Of a stretch of DNA of 64,000 bases, positions 1 through 15,646 are shown piece after piece (position 1 is the stretch's first letter; every line of letters begins with the position of its first letter). Position numbers and translations under genes: made by a program. This stretch comes from Moniliella sp. 'wahieum' (Eukaryota), in the NCBI GenBank assembly GCA_003971905.1, contig RSEE01000030.1:558001-622000 (forward strand), given 5' to 3'. Below the pieces are notes generated by a model, which did no database searches, had not been told where the DNA came from, and saw only the letters and a program-made list of their open reading frames with translations.

Positions 1-1264
1 CTTCCCTGCCATCCGGACCGGTGTGTCGACATCGACTTCGTGAACTTGATCCATCCCTCCGTCTTCTCATGTGTGGTGTGAGATCACTTAGTGATAGTGT
101 ATCCCTGATCGCGTCCGAACCTATTTTCATTTTGGTCCAACGCTTCCGTTCTAAGCCCATCCCGTTAGGCGTTGATGCTGATGGTATAGAAGGGATGGGA
201 TAGATGGGGCTCTGCGCCCGGGACTGCGGATCTTTGTTCTGCTTCAGCCGCTTTGCCAACAGGCGCTTGAGCCCATCCCAGTCGTCAAACGCCAGCAGAA
301 ATGCGAAACGTCAACGTACCGGCGAACTAGCTGAATGACAGCCTCCTTGCGTCAACGTAACGTTGTTTCTCGATTCTGCCGATCTGGTTATCTCTGGCTC
401 GCATCCCCATGGACTGAAAATGATTGCAGCTCATACACATGGCCCAACGAAAACAGTGGCCAGCCTCAACAACCTCGTTGGTTCAACCAACATGCGGGCT
501 GTTGGTTGTGGGTTAAACTTCAACGTCGAATGTTGAATGCGCCTGCCACTTCGAAAATGGCAATATCTCGCACAGGTATCGTCATTTCTCCCTTCCACAT
601 CGCTCTCCCATCGCAACATACAAAGTCACCCAAGCATCGCATGCAATCTATGCCGATCGGCGTAGCAAGACGGGAACGGCCTCCACGGGACCAAACACAA
701 GGATAGAGAGGGGTAGTATTAGCTCCAAGCTCGAGGGAAGCTTGTGGTTGATAAGAACAGTAAGCAGGCGATCACCCGCCCTAGAGTGTCCACGCGCTGC
801 CGCGGCCCGAGATGCGAGAAGGCAATGTGGGCGCAGGGAGGCGGTGTGATGGTGGTGGCGGGGGGGCGGCGGACTGGACGGAGGGCGAGGGCGGAACCAG
901 CGGCGGGCTGGACAGGACATGTGGGAGTACCGATGTACTGATGCAGCCCCGTGCGCAACCGGTGCCAAGGGCGGCGCCTGGGGGGCAGTGTGTGACTGCC
1001 TCTCCAGTAGGGTTGTTCATGGAGATGGCGTGCTATCAGACACTCTCGCCGTGCCATGCGAACACCGCACACTCCCCCACTGCCCGCCGCCCCGGCCCGC
1101 GCGGAGAAGAGTGGAAACTTGCAAAATTGGAGCCCGGTGCGATGAGCACGGCGCGAGTGTCGTGTGCCTCCCCCATGCGGGGTGTGCGTCGAGCGACGGC
1201 GTATAAAAGGTGCAAGAAGGAATGCCACCCGTTCTTCCCCCCCAACCTTTTCCCCTCTGGTATC

Positions 1265-3620
1265 ATGGTGTAAGTGTCTTCGGTCCCGCTCCAGGCTGCC
1301 CTGGGCACCATGACTGACTTTGCGTGTCTCCAGCTCCTCCACTGTTCTTGGTTTCCCCCGCATTGGCCCGCAGCGCGAGGTCAAGAAGGCTCTCGAGGCC
1401 TTCTGGGGGCGGCAAGATCCCAGTCGAAGAGCTCCTCAAGGTTGCCAAGGAGCAGCGCCTGCTCACCTACGAAATCATCAAGAACCAGGGCGTGGATCTG
1501 ATCCCCACCGGCACCTTTTCGCTCTATGACCACGTCTTGGACAACTCGCTTGTGTTCAACGTGATCCCTGAGGCGTATGCCAAGTCGGGCCTCAACCCCC
1601 TCGACACGTACTTCGCTTTGGCTCGTGGTCACCAGAAGGGCGGTGTCGACCTGCCACGGAGATGCGCAAGTGGTTTGACAGCAACTACCACTACCCGTCC
1701 CCGAGTTTACTCCCTCGACCGACTTCAAGCTCAACGACCTCAAGCCCTTGAACGACTTCGTCGAGGCCAAGGAAGCTGGCTACAATGCGCGCCCCGTGCT
1801 GCTCGGCCCCATCACCTTCCTCTACCTCGGTAAGGCTGGGAAGGGTGCCCCGGAAGACTTCAAGCCCTTGAGCCTGCTCCCCAAGCTCATTCCTGTGTAT
1901 GCCGAGCTTCTGAAGAAGCTTGGCGCCGCGGGTGCCTCTTGGGTTCAGATTGACGAGCCTGTGCTTGTCACGGACGACGCTGCGGCCCTTGCGGACGCCT
2001 TCAAGCAGGTCTACACGAAGCTTAACAAGGCTGTTCCGGAAGTCAACCTGATGCTCACCACCTACTTCGGTCGCCTTGACTCGAACATCAGCTTTGTCAA
2101 GGACCTGCCCATCGCCGGTCTCCACATTGACCTTGACCGTGCTCCCCAGCAGCTCGAGTCGGTCGTTGAGGCCGTTGCGCCTACCAAGATTGGCCTCTCG
2201 CTGGTCTCGTTTCGGGCCGCAACATCTGGAAGACCGACCTGGCCGCGGCGCTCGAGAAGGCCAAGTACGCTGTGGAGAAGCTTGGTTCGGACCGTGTTGT
2301 TGTAGCCAGCTCGTCGTCGCTCCTTCACACTCCCATCACCATTGCCAATGAGAAGAAGCTCTCGCCCGAGGTGCTTGACTGGTTCTCTTTTGCCACTGAG
2401 AAGGCTGGCGAAGTGGCCACGCTTGCCCAGGCTCTCGCCAACCCCAAGGCGGCTGAGAGCTGCGCTGGCCAAGAACGCCACCTCGATCAAGGCGCGTCGC
2501 GACTACGAGAAGAACTCGGACCCCGCTGTCCGCGAGCGCCTGGCCGCCATCAAGCGCCGACCTCGAGCGCAAGTCGCCCTTCACTACGCGTGCGGCGCTG
2601 CAGAAGAAGCATCTCAACCTCCCCTTCCCCACTACCACCATTGGCTCCTTCCCTCAGACGAAGGAGATTCGTCAAGTGCGTGCCAAGTTCAACAAGGGCG
2701 AGGTGACCCAGGAGCAGTACGACCAGTTCCTGGAGAATGAGATCAAGGATGTGGTTGAGCGTCAGGAGGAGAAGCTGGGTCTTGACGTGCTCGTCCACGG
2801 TGAGCCGGAGCGCAACGACATGGTCCAGTACTTCGGTGAGCTTCTTGATGGCTTTGCCTTCACCAGAATGGTTGGGTTCAGAGCTTTGGCTCGCGCTACG
2901 TGCGTCCGCCTATTGTCGTGGGCGATGTGTCGAGCCCCAAGGCCATGACGGTGCGCTGGTCGGTCTTTGCCCAGAGCGTGACCAAGAAGACGATGAAGGG
3001 GATGCTCACTGGGCCGGTTACCATCCTCAACTGGTCTTTCCCCCGTGCCGATGTGGGCAAGGACGTGCAAGCGCCAGATTGCTCTCGCCCTGCGTGACGA
3101 GGTGGCCGACTTGCAAAAGGCGGGCATCAAGGCATCCAGGTGGACGAGCCGGCCATCCGTGAGGGTCTTCCTCTCCGCCATGCTGACTGGCAGGCCTACC
3201 TCCGCTGGGCGTTGACTCGTTCAAGCTCGCCACGGCGGTCGCAGACGATGATGTCAACACGGCGTCGCACTTCTGCTACTCGGACTTTGCCAACCCGGCC
3301 GTGATGCAGGCGATGATTGACCTGGACGCGGACATGCTGTCGATTGAGAATGCCAAGGCCGGTGCAAGTACCTCAACGTCTGGAAGTCGATCCACTACCC
3401 CAACGAGATTGGCCCGGTGTGTTTGACATCCACTGCCTCGGTGCCGTCGAAGGAGGAGATGCTCCAACGGATCAAGGAGAATGCTCTGTCCTTACCCCGA
3501 GCAGCTCTGGGTCAACCCCGACTGTGGTCTCAAGACGCGTACCTGGACCGAGTGCGAGGCGCAGTGGCCAACATGGTCGCGGCCGCAAGGGCCCGCGCTC
3601 TGTTTGCCGACAAGAAGTAA
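1265..3620 (+). CDS. MET6: Cobalamin-independent methionine synthase (MetE family); intron 1270-1333; several 1-nt frameshifts
   Basis: ATGGT|gtaagt...ctgac...cag|CTCC gives [13 protein letters not shown]. Motifs [70 protein letters not shown] and [12 protein letters not shown] are spread across frames. TAA at 3618-3620; TATAAAA at ~1202. Confidence 0.96.
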
Positions 3621-4478
3621 ACGGCTCGCTTCGGTTCCTTTCCTGTACAGGCTACTTAACATAGTAGCCGTCCTAGGGGGCTCAACGCATCGCCCACGCT
3701 GGACACTACCACCCTCCATGGCTGCATGCATGGGGGGACCTACACCATTGACCCACACCCGACTTGTACTGTTCAAACCATATTTGTAAGATGATTCAAC
3801 ACTGTAAGAATACAACTGCATTCGCTGCCCCCCTCTTGTGCTTGGGTTGAATGGACAAAGCGAGAGAGATCATTGAATCGGTCGAGATGCCCTGCTTCCA
3901 ACACGTATGCGGTGTCAGCTGTGAGGGTGTGCGACTTTGCCTCCTCGTGCATGATGCGGCCTGCACCACATCATGTGGCAGAGCGGTGGGCAACATGACC
4001 GTGTATCTCTAGAGTGGGACTGTCGCTGCTATGTACCGTATGCGCTTGGCTTCGTCTTGCTACTATTTCGCTCCAATATGCTCATCGCTTATCGTTCGCC
4101 TTCAAGGTGTACGATGAGGAAGTGCTTCCGCTTGTGGTCCCCAAGCTGCAGGTGCCCATTCGGTGCAAGTGGGGGCCGAGCGCAGGGTCTAGCACTCGTT
4201 CCGCGAGAAAGGGCGGAAGTGGGCGGGAGCTTTTGAACGTTGCAAAGTTGCGAGGCGGAGTCGAGTGATAGATGGGGGCGTATATGCGCTGCAGCCTATT
4301 AATGCCGCCGCAGGAGCCGGCCTGATTGATGATGGATAGCTGCCCAGTATAGGCCTGGCTCCTACAATCTAACTCCTCGGCGCGTCCCCCGCCTTCCACC
4401 GCAACCACCACCACCACGCCTCCTCTTGCGCCGCTGCCCCCCTTGTCCAGATCGCATCCCGCGGGGGCGCTGCTCGCC

Positions 4479-7400
4479 ATGGTGCGTCTGCCGTCCTGCG
4501 TACGCCAACACCACTGCACGCCTGCCCCGCTGACTCTGCCCCTCGCCGCCAGTCGTCGCTCAACGTCAGGGACGCGCTTTCCTACCTCGACCAGGTCAAG
4601 GTCCACTTTGCACACCATCCCACCGTCTACAACCAGTTCCTCGACATTATGAAGGACTTCAAGAGCCAGGCCATCGACACCCCGACGTCATCCAGCGCGT
4701 CTCCTCTCTTCCAGGGCCATGCCTCGCTCATCCAGGGCTTCAACACCTTTCTCCCACCGGGCTACACATCGACTGCTCCCACGACACGCGCCTTGTCACC
4801 CTCACTACTCCCGCTGGCACAACCACCGTCCAGGGGGGGCAGACAAGCGCCAGCACTCGTAACGGCATTGCTCCACCCGTCTCGACCGTGCATACAACTA
4901 CCCCTGACCCATCCGTTGGCCCCGCGCGAGTCCCCGGCCCCACTTCCACACGACATGGCTGCCGCACCGGACCGAGACTATATTTATTCCCACCTTCCCC
5001 AGCCTCCTTCCAACTCTGTCCGATACAACGCTACGCCACCCCCTGGCCTGGCGCAAGGGACCAATAGTGGAAACAGCTTTTCACCTGATCGTACGTCCCC
5101 TCGGCTCTCTTTGTCTTCGCTAATATGATTATTGTCCTAACCTGAATTGCAGCATCTGTCGCTCCCGATGTAACTACACCACCCACTTCACAAGATGACC
5201 ACAAAGGGCCACTTGAATTCAACAGAGCGATCAATTATGTCAACAAGATCAAACAGCGCTTCAATGATGCCCCCGACACGTACAAACGGTTTCTTGAAAT
5301 CCTCCAATCGTACCAACGCGGTACCCGTGCCATCCACGTTGTCTACGCCGAAGTCACCATGTTATTCGAAAACAACAGAGACTTACTGGACGAGTTTCAC
5401 CAGTTCTTGCCTGAAACTAATATTCCCATGGGTGCCGGCGCTGACCCAGAGGGGGCATCAACAGCCAGCCTGGATTGTTTGGTGCCGCCATGTCTGGAGT
5501 CCCAATACCAGTGACCCAGTCAGTCACCCAAACCATTCCCCTTTACCCGACTTCGGAAGTGGTCCGGCTCCAACCTTCCGGAGGACAGAAAAAGCGCACG
5601 GCTCCCGACCCAGCACCTGCTCCAGATGATGTTCCTTCCACCAAGCCCAGGGCCAAGCGGGCCAAATCGATCCACTGCGATCATACCACAGAAGAAGCCA
5701 CTCCTTCCGTCCCCTATCCTGCCCTTACTCCTCCCGAGGAGCCCGTCTATGCACCCGCAGAGACAATTTGGCGTTCGATCGGACCTCCAGGGAGCCCGAG
5801 GAGAATACGTTGACCTCATTAGGAGGATCGCGCTCTTTGATCGGATCGGTACATTGATTCCAAGCCTCGCTACAGCGAATTTCTGAAGCTGCTTCAACTG
5901 TTTCGTCGTCGGATGTGATCGATACACCATTGTTGCTAAATCAGGCGGCACTGTTTATTGGGGGCAACGCTGAACTGTTTGGCCTCTTTTGCCAGATGGC
6001 TGGCTTTGACCAAGGGAATGATGGCTCTCACTGCCCATCCACCTGTCTTGGCCAACATTCCTGCCCAACAGAGGGACCAGCTCCATCCAAGTCGGTATAA
6101 ATCCTACGGGCCGTCTTACCGTCGCCTTCCACGGTTCGAGTCGAACCTTTCTTGCAGTGGACGGGACGCACTTTGCTGGTCCATGCTCAACGACTCGTTC
6201 CTGAGCACCCCACAGTTCTCCTCCGAGTCGGACGGATTTGTGCATCACGAGACGAACATATATGAACGTGCTCTCTTTCGCTCCGAGGAGGAACGGCACG
6301 AATTTGATCATCACCTGGAACTCAACTCGCGCACCATTGAGTTGCTCACGCCCATCGTACAACGGATCAAAGCAATGTCTGCCACGGAAAAAGACGCTTT
6401 CCGTCTTCCTCCGACTTGGGTACTGCCAGCCCGACGATCCATGAACGTGCAGTGAAGAAGGTGTATGGCCGGGACGCTGGGCTGGAGGTCTTGGCTGCCA
6501 TGGCCGATGCTCCGGCGGGTACGCTCCCGATCGTTCTAGACCGGCTCCAGAAGACGGACGATGCATGGCGGGCACGGCAGCAAGACTGGAACAAGATCTG
6601 GCGTGAAGTCGATGGGCGCAACTTTTACAAAAGTTTGGATCTCGAGGGTGCTTCCTTTAAAAGCAACGACAAGCGTGCCACCACCGGCAAAGCATTTGTC
6701 GCGGAAATCGTGGCCGAACGTGCTCGACAGGTGACGCAGCATCAGATCGTGCACAAGCTCTCGCCCTCCCAGCTCCCAGGTCCCGGGGCAGGCACCACCC
6801 CATGCGCGTGGCCCTGTTACCAACATGCCGTCAAGATGAAGGACAAAGCCATATTTGGTGACGTTATCAAGATGTGCATCTCCCATTTGGATCGCGCCAC
6901 AAGTTACAGCAAATCTGACATGGAACGAATCGAGTCGTTCATCCGTTCTTTTGGCCCTCTCCTGTTCGGACTCGACCCGGCTGATATCGATGCGTGGACT
7001 ACGCCCCTCCGGGAGGAAGAGGAAGTGGATCAAGAGGTGCGGGAGAAAAAGGCTTGACGGATGAGGCCGAACCAAATGTAAGGGTAAATGGAGATGGCAC
7101 TTTCCCTCTCCAAACAAAGGAGGAGCAGTTGGAAGCACAGACCATCAATTCTCGAGACGGGAACCCATCCATCGACTCCTGGATGCAACTTCGTCCATTT
7201 TCCCAGCCACCAACCCCCAGTACAAATGCGGATCTGCCTATGGGCATTGACTCCCTCCTTCTACGCCAATACGCAACTGTTTGTTTTGTCAAATTGTTTG
7301 AGACGGTCTACACTCGCTTGGCAATGCTCAAGGAGGCAGCCGAGGCACGAGTGCAAGCATACCCTTCCATGCAACGGATGAACCCGGTGGCTGTTGCCCT

Positions 7401-8426
7401 GGGACTGCAGGACCCTTCCACGGGCCCAGGTGCCGTGGTGGGGGCACTGGCATATGCCGCGCAGGAGAATCCGGACAAAGTGGGTGGTCTGTTCCTCCAT
7501 CCACGACACTACTACGGCACAATGTTGGAGATGTGCGAGCGACTATTTGACGGCGAGTTGGACCAGTCCTCGTTTGAGGAGGCAGCACGGTTCATGTTTG
7601 GCATCCAAGCCTACCCGATCTTTACAATGGACAAGCTTATGAGCGGTTTGGTTAAGGCGGTGCGTGGGAAATCCCCTTCGTATTCTCCACCACAACAATC
7701 GCGACAAACTAACATTGCCTTCAGATGCACAACCTAGTCACGGACAAATCTTCCCTTGCGCTCATTGACCAAGCTGGTCCCGCCCATGCTCGAACTCGAG
7801 CGGCGGCGGCGGCTCTGCGCGCTGCACCCCAAAGCGAGCAGGCAACAGTGGAGTGGTACCGCAGCCACATTGATCAACGTATGGCCTCGGAAGAGCTCCT
7901 TGCGACCGATGAGAATCTGTTCCGGATCGTATGGGACCCAACGGCTCACCTGCTCACCCTCCAGCTCTTGGGCCGGGACGAGCTGACTCTGCCGCAAGAA
8001 GCCACGTCGGTGCGCAACAAGTACCTCTACTACCTGGCCGATTCCTCGTGGTATCCAACCGAGGGTCTGCCTCGACCTGCCACTGCGGGCGTCTTAGCCC
8101 GCAACCTTGCGCACGTTGGACACCCCCCCTCTCATCGGCCCGTCACGCTGGAAAACGCAGAATCCAGGGCGCAGGTATTCGATGCGGCGGTCCTCTTCTC
8201 CAGCCTGCATGGCATCCAGGGACATCTCGACCCGCACGCGCTCCGCATTGTCTTTGAGCAAGGTCAGGACGATGTCATGGTTCGCCGCCGCTCCCCAGCC
8301 GAACACGAGGCCAGTCGAAGACGCTTGCACCTGAGTCGGACGCGCAAGGAGGCTCGGTTGATTGCACTTCTGGCGCAACGTATGGATTCTGTCCCTTCCG
8401 GCTCGGGTGCCCGTTCCCATGTCTGA
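4479..8426 (+). CDS. SIN3: Sin3 HDAC co-repressor scaffold (PAH domains, HDAC-interaction domain, Sin3 C-terminal domain); introns ~4482-4552, ~5092-5152, ~7660-7724; frameshifted
   Basis: gccATG|gtgcgt...ctgac...ccag|TCG gives [17 protein letters not shown]...[32 protein letters not shown] (PAH1). [16 protein letters not shown] (PAH2), [54 protein letters not shown] and [10 protein letters not shown] follow. Confidence 0.92.
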
Positions 8427-8714
8427 CAGTGTTCGACCCCCCTCCTCTTCCTTCGCCCCCTGCTCCCTCTTCCCAGTGGCGTCACACGTCACTGTCTACT
8501 TCGATGGGAGGCCCTTCTGATTTGGTTGACCTTCCCCAAGGGTGGCCCATTTTCGACTCCAAGCTATAGTTGTGTTGTACATGAACCAAAACCCCTATGG
8601 TTGTATCCTAACGAGATGGAACAGATGGGCTGGCATGATTGAATTCAAAAGTCGTAGGTGCTGGGGATGGAAGCATATGCGTAGAATGTACAAAACGGGA
8701 TGGATGCTCACATG

Positions 8715-10396
8715 TCAAAGATGAGGGGGAGCCAAGTCCTTGTTGAGGTAGGAATACAAGTCCGAGGTGAGGAACTCAGAGGGCTTGGGCTTCCGTACCT
8801 GGTCAGAGAGATACTTGCGTGCCAACTCGACCGCCTTGGGATCCAATCCTTTCAACTTGCCCGCTTCCTCTGCAAGCAGCTGGTCAACAAACTCGGGCGT
8901 GACCTTCTTGCCCTCGGCCGTTGTGACACCGTGGTACACCCACGACCACAGCCCTACGCGCGAAATTTCCGCCGTAGCCGCATCCTCCATCATGTAGTTG
9001 ATGGGTACACACCCATTGCCCTTGACCCAGTTGGCGCAGTAGCCCAGCAGCGCCGACACGTTGGCCCGAGCACCGCCCTCGGTCACTTGGCCCGGGACCG
9101 ACGGGTTCAAAAGGTCCTGAGCAGTGACTGTGACCTCTTCGCGACGGACATAGTACTGGTTAGGACCCAGCATGTGCTCATTAAAGATCTCGAGTGCAAT
9201 TGAGACGAGAGCCGGGTGGGCTACCCAGGTACCATCGTGGCCAGCGGTCACTTCACGAAGCTTGTCGGCCCGGACCTTGTTCATGGCAATCTCGTTGGCC
9301 TGTGGGTTGTCCTTGATGGGGATCTGGGCGGCCATACCTCCAATGGCAGCCACGCCGCGCTTGTGGCACGTCTGAATCAGTAGGTTGACGTAGGCTTGCA
9401 TAAAGGGCACCGTCATTGTCACCTCGGCACGGTCGGGCAAGATCTTGTCAGCCTGGAAGCGCTGTCGCTTGATAAATGAAAAGATGTAGTCCCACCGGCC
9501 ACAGTTGAGTCCCGAGCTGTGCTCACGCAACTCGTAGATAATCTCATCCATCTGGAACGCAGCCGTGATGGTCTCGATCAACACAGTGCCACGAATGGTG
9601 CCACGCGGGATGGCGAGGTAGTCCTGGGCGACATTGAAAATGTCATTCCACAGGCGCGCTTCGAGGTGGTGCTCCATCTTGGGAAGGTAAAAGTAGGGTC
9701 CAAATCCAGTGCGGACAAGCTCCTTGGCGTTGTGGAAAAAGTACAGGGCAAAGTCAAAAATCCCGCCCGACACGGACTGACCATCGATCACCACATTGTC
9801 CTCGTTGAGATGCCAGCCGCGGGGACGGACAATCAAAGTGGCTGTCTGACCGGCCGGCTTGAGCTTGTATGCCTTACCGTTGGACGCAGTAAAGTCAATC
9901 TTGCGGAAGATGGCGTCGCGCATGTTGACCTGACCATCGAGGTTGTTACCCCACGTGGGGGAGTTGGAGTCTTCAAAGTCAGCCATGTAGGTGTAGGCCC
10001 CCGAGTTGAGTGCGTTGATCACCATCTTGCGGTCCACAGGACCCGTGATCTCCACCCGCCGGTCGCGCAGACCAGCAGCGGGAGGGGCCGCACGCCAAGT
10101 CGGGTCCTCCCGAATGTACTTGGTCTCTGGCAAGAAGTCAAGAGGCACGCCGGCATCGAGTTGCAGCTGCCGCACCTCGCGCGCCTTGAGCAACTTCTGG
10201 CGTGTTGGCTCAAAGGTGCGGTGGAGGATGGCGAGGAATGAAAGCGCCTCGGGAGTCAGGATCTCCTTGTGCAGACCCTCGACCGGGCCTGAGTGATGAG
10301 CAAGGAGAAGGTGTCAGTCACACGCCTCCCAGGGCGCATTGTTGAAGGCAGGGATGAAAAAGACATACCAAGAACGCGAATGCCGTCGATGGACAT
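8715..10396 (-). CDS. MLS1: Malate synthase (glyoxylate cycle); intron 10289-10368
   Basis: Clean 492-aa ORF with [56 protein letters not shown] and [11 protein letters not shown]. Exon 1 [10 protein letters not shown] is joined by a gtatgt...ctgac...cag intron. Confidence 0.97.
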
Positions 10397-11689
10397 GGTG
10401 GCTAAGCTGACAGTGTGGTGTGAGCCTAGAGGGGGTGGGGATAGGAGCTGGGATGAAGATGCTGGATGTGGGGGGGGGGCGGGCTATATATACACCAGTG
10501 GCGGAGGTTGCGTCACCAGCGCATCAGCCTGGGGCGTCTGGCCAACCAGCTGGGGTGGTAGTGGTGTCGCTTTGTGCGGGGGGGCAGGCTGGCGCCGTGC
10601 CTGCCGCATGCGACAACATTTCACTTTTACCCACCGCGATGATCGATGACGCGGACGGAGGTCTAGACGAGCAGCCAACACTGGCCGGGTGCTGCAGGCG
10701 GTTTGTCCGCTACGCCCGAATCCGTTTCCTCCGCCGGAGCGGGGATTTTGAAATGTGCAGCTCCGCTCGGACCAGCCCCGGTCACCCGTGTCACAGATCA
10801 CCGCCGCAGTCAGCGTTGCAGTCACCGAACGCCGTGCAATGCCCAAATACACAGTGGGCCGCGGGTGTGCTCTTGCACTGGCACCAGCCTGCGTAGGCCC
10901 AGCGCCAGTCTGGCGATCGGTTCGGCTCCGCCTCCCGTCTCGGCTCCAGCCTGCTCCCGCCTGCTCCCGCCGCGGCGGCTGGGGGAAGCCGGCGGCTTGG
11001 AGCGCTTAGAAAACCCAAGCGCTTATTAGCGCCGCTGAATTATATTGGCGGCGGATGGGATTGATTAAGATTACCTACTTGTTCATTAGTTGCAATTTAA
11101 AATTTAAAATTTAACCCTTGATCATGTTACGCCATAGTCGTTAATCGATAATCGAGATAATCAGCTTAATCATCATGTTCTCCATCTCGCGTCCATGTCA
11201 CATGTCACGTCCTACTTGCCACACCCGAGCGCGCTTCGGCACGCGTGCAACCGTTGCCCTTTCTGCTAAGGCGTCACACTTAGCGCTTACAGACCGCCGC
11301 GCATCCAATGCTACGCTATGTTGAGTCACCGGGTGGCTCGTGCTTTGGCCAATGTCCCATCAGTTCCTCCTCATGCACCTGGGAGTTCTGTTTTTTCTCT
11401 CCTGTTTTTCTTTGTTCAGCAGCATAGCCCCTGGTGGCGACTCGCTGCTTGATGTTCTTCAGTAGGCGTTGCTGGTTGGCTTAGACCACCACCACCCATC
11501 AGTGCGATTGCATCACCCTCGAGGACCATCTGGACTCCAGGTCTCATCACGCTATTGTATGGACGCCGAAACAGCACTACCGATTCCCAGCGGCTACTAG
11601 AGGACACACCCAACAACACATGCCAAAGGAGGATATTCTTGCAGTATGGAGCTGCTGGTACAGGCAACAGTACAGGCATTGACATCGCC

Positions 11690-13131
<1,442 letters not shown>

Positions 13132-13779
13132 AAGGTCTTATTTTATCCCTTTTCTCTCCCCTGTACAACTACTGTTTCAATCATGTGCTGCACCCACCAA
13201 TATACTATTTACTTAATGGCATCCATCGTCTGCATTCGGTACATGTGTAGCGCTGCCTTCATCTTGAAGGATGGATTGAGGCTGAGATCTGAGAGAATAC
13301 TGAAGATGTTGACGGCATATGCTTCAATGTGGTCCCCGTAGCCACGGGCGATTGAACAAGATTTGCTCTCGCCACTATACTGGACTGTGCCGTCACAATC
13401 TCCAGCGACTAGCGAACCTCCAGGGAGGAAGTCACAACATGGGTTAGAGTTGTAACGGATCTAAGGACAAACAAACGACATCAACGCCGTTGGTTGCTGA
13501 GTCAATGAGGGCGATAACCTACGAATGCGAGCTGCAGTTACTACTTACGCGTAACACATCCAGGTAGGTTACCACGAAGTTTACTTCGAGTTCAACGTCA
13601 ACAGTTACCGATTAACGTTTAACGTACATGTTGAGCAGCTGGCCATACCTTCACATAGACTTACAACACCATGAACGTCGAACAGGATTGCTACGGAAAG
13701 CAAGGCATTGACAGGCATAATGTAACAATTACATCGTAGTGTACATAGGCAAAGGGTCTTACGTGACCGATAGAGTCGC

Positions 13780-14270
13780 TTAAACCTCCTGCGAGGCCTT
13801 CTTGCTCTTGCCCGACTTGGCGGGAAGCAGCTCGGGGTTGATGTGAGGTAGCACACCACCCTGGGAAATAGTAACACCGCCGAGAAGCTTGTTCAGTTCC
13901 TCGTCGTTGCGGATGGCGAGCTGGAGGTGACGGGGTACAATCTAAGAGTAACATCGCATGTCAGTGACGCTGAGGAAGACAGAGGGGGCACTCCTGGGGA
14001 AAGACGGATACATACACGGCTCTTCTTGTTGTCACGCGCAGCATTGCCAGCCAACTCGAGAATTTCAGCAGTGAGGTATTCAAGCACCGCAGCAAGGTAT
14101 ACTGGAGCGCCAGCACCAACACGTTGAGCGTAGTTGCCCTTGCGGAGGAGACGGTGAATACGGCCAACAGGGAACTGCAGGCCAGCCTTGGCCGAACGCG
14201 AAGTCGCCTTGCCGCTCGACGCGCCACCGGCCTTGCCGCCAGACTTGCCACCAGACTTGCCACCAGACAT
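13780..14270 (-). CDS. HTA1: Histone H2A with C-terminal SQ motif (ASQEV*); intron 13942-14015
   Basis: [131 protein letters not shown]. Confidence 0.97.
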
Positions 14271-14679
14271 GTTGAGAGAGTTGAAGTTAAGGAAAAAGCG
14301 GAAGAGAGAAGGTGGGAGAGGTTGGTAAGGCACTGACAGCAAGAGGTCCCGACCACGTATATATGTCGCTACCCCTCTGGCGCAAGCCACGAGCTTGGGT
14401 GAACGGTCCGGTTGATCCAAGGCGCTAGGCGAGAGGCAGTTTTGATGCGCACCATAATGCCTCCGACCTATGTAACCGCAATTTAGGTACGCTACCAACC
14501 CTAACGGAGGTGGTGTTTTGGTGCGCACTAAATTGTTTGCTCCCCGCCCCTTGGGCGGCCGGAGCGAAGTCAAGGCCTGTATATAACGCGTGTCGGTGTC
14601 CCAAGCCGTTTGCCCAACCACCTCTCCATCCCACCACCTGTGCACCCGCCTACCCCCACTTCCTCTAGTTCTCTCAAAC
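14271..14679. promoter_or_regulatory. Bidirectional H2A/H2B promoter region
   Basis: Divergent H2A and H2B genes. TATATA at ~14359 and TATATAA at ~14580; ACGCGT at 14586-14591. Confidence 0.6.
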
Positions 14680-15172
<493 letters not shown>

Positions 15173-15646
15173 GCTGGTCCAGAGCTCTGGGTACCTTGTA
15201 GACATATTGTATCATTATGCCCACGCATCTGAAGAGGGTTGGGTGTGGAGAACCAGATAAGATAAAGGGGAAATGGGAGAGTGATGCAAGTGATTTGTAG
15301 AAGAAAACAGCTGGTCTGAAAAGTATCAGTGTGGTCGGTGTCGACCAGTAAGCCTGATGAAAATGGTGTGGACCTACCCGCTATCGCATAGTCTGGCTAA
15401 GGCGTCGACGCAAACGGCTGTGATCGAAAGTGTGGATGCGGAATACACTCGAGTTCCCGACTATCTAGCTCAGCGCCAATGTTTTCCTCCTCCAACAGGT
15501 ATGCGTACTGGCCGATGAATGTGTAGCCGCGCGACGCCTATCGCACTTTCACGTAGTGTCCGGGAAGGAAATTATAATCAGCTTGCTCAAACTTCCACGC
15601 CAACGGGAAATACCCCTATGCGAAAGGAGTAGAAATTCTCTTGAAA

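Noticed and set aside
1..1100. Possible minus-strand gene upstream of MET6
   Set aside because: Only short, discontinuous ORFs with no recognisable motif; it cannot be supported from this window.
8700..8717. Stop-codon readthrough giving a cryptic peroxisomal extension on malate synthase
   Set aside because: The stop context is TGA CAT, not the TGA CTA readthrough motif.
9519..10241. 240-aa + strand ORF and similar long antisense ORFs elsewhere (e.g. 35461-36246, 35739-36644)
   Set aside because: Shadow ORFs opposite GC-rich real genes (MLS1, GATA factor).
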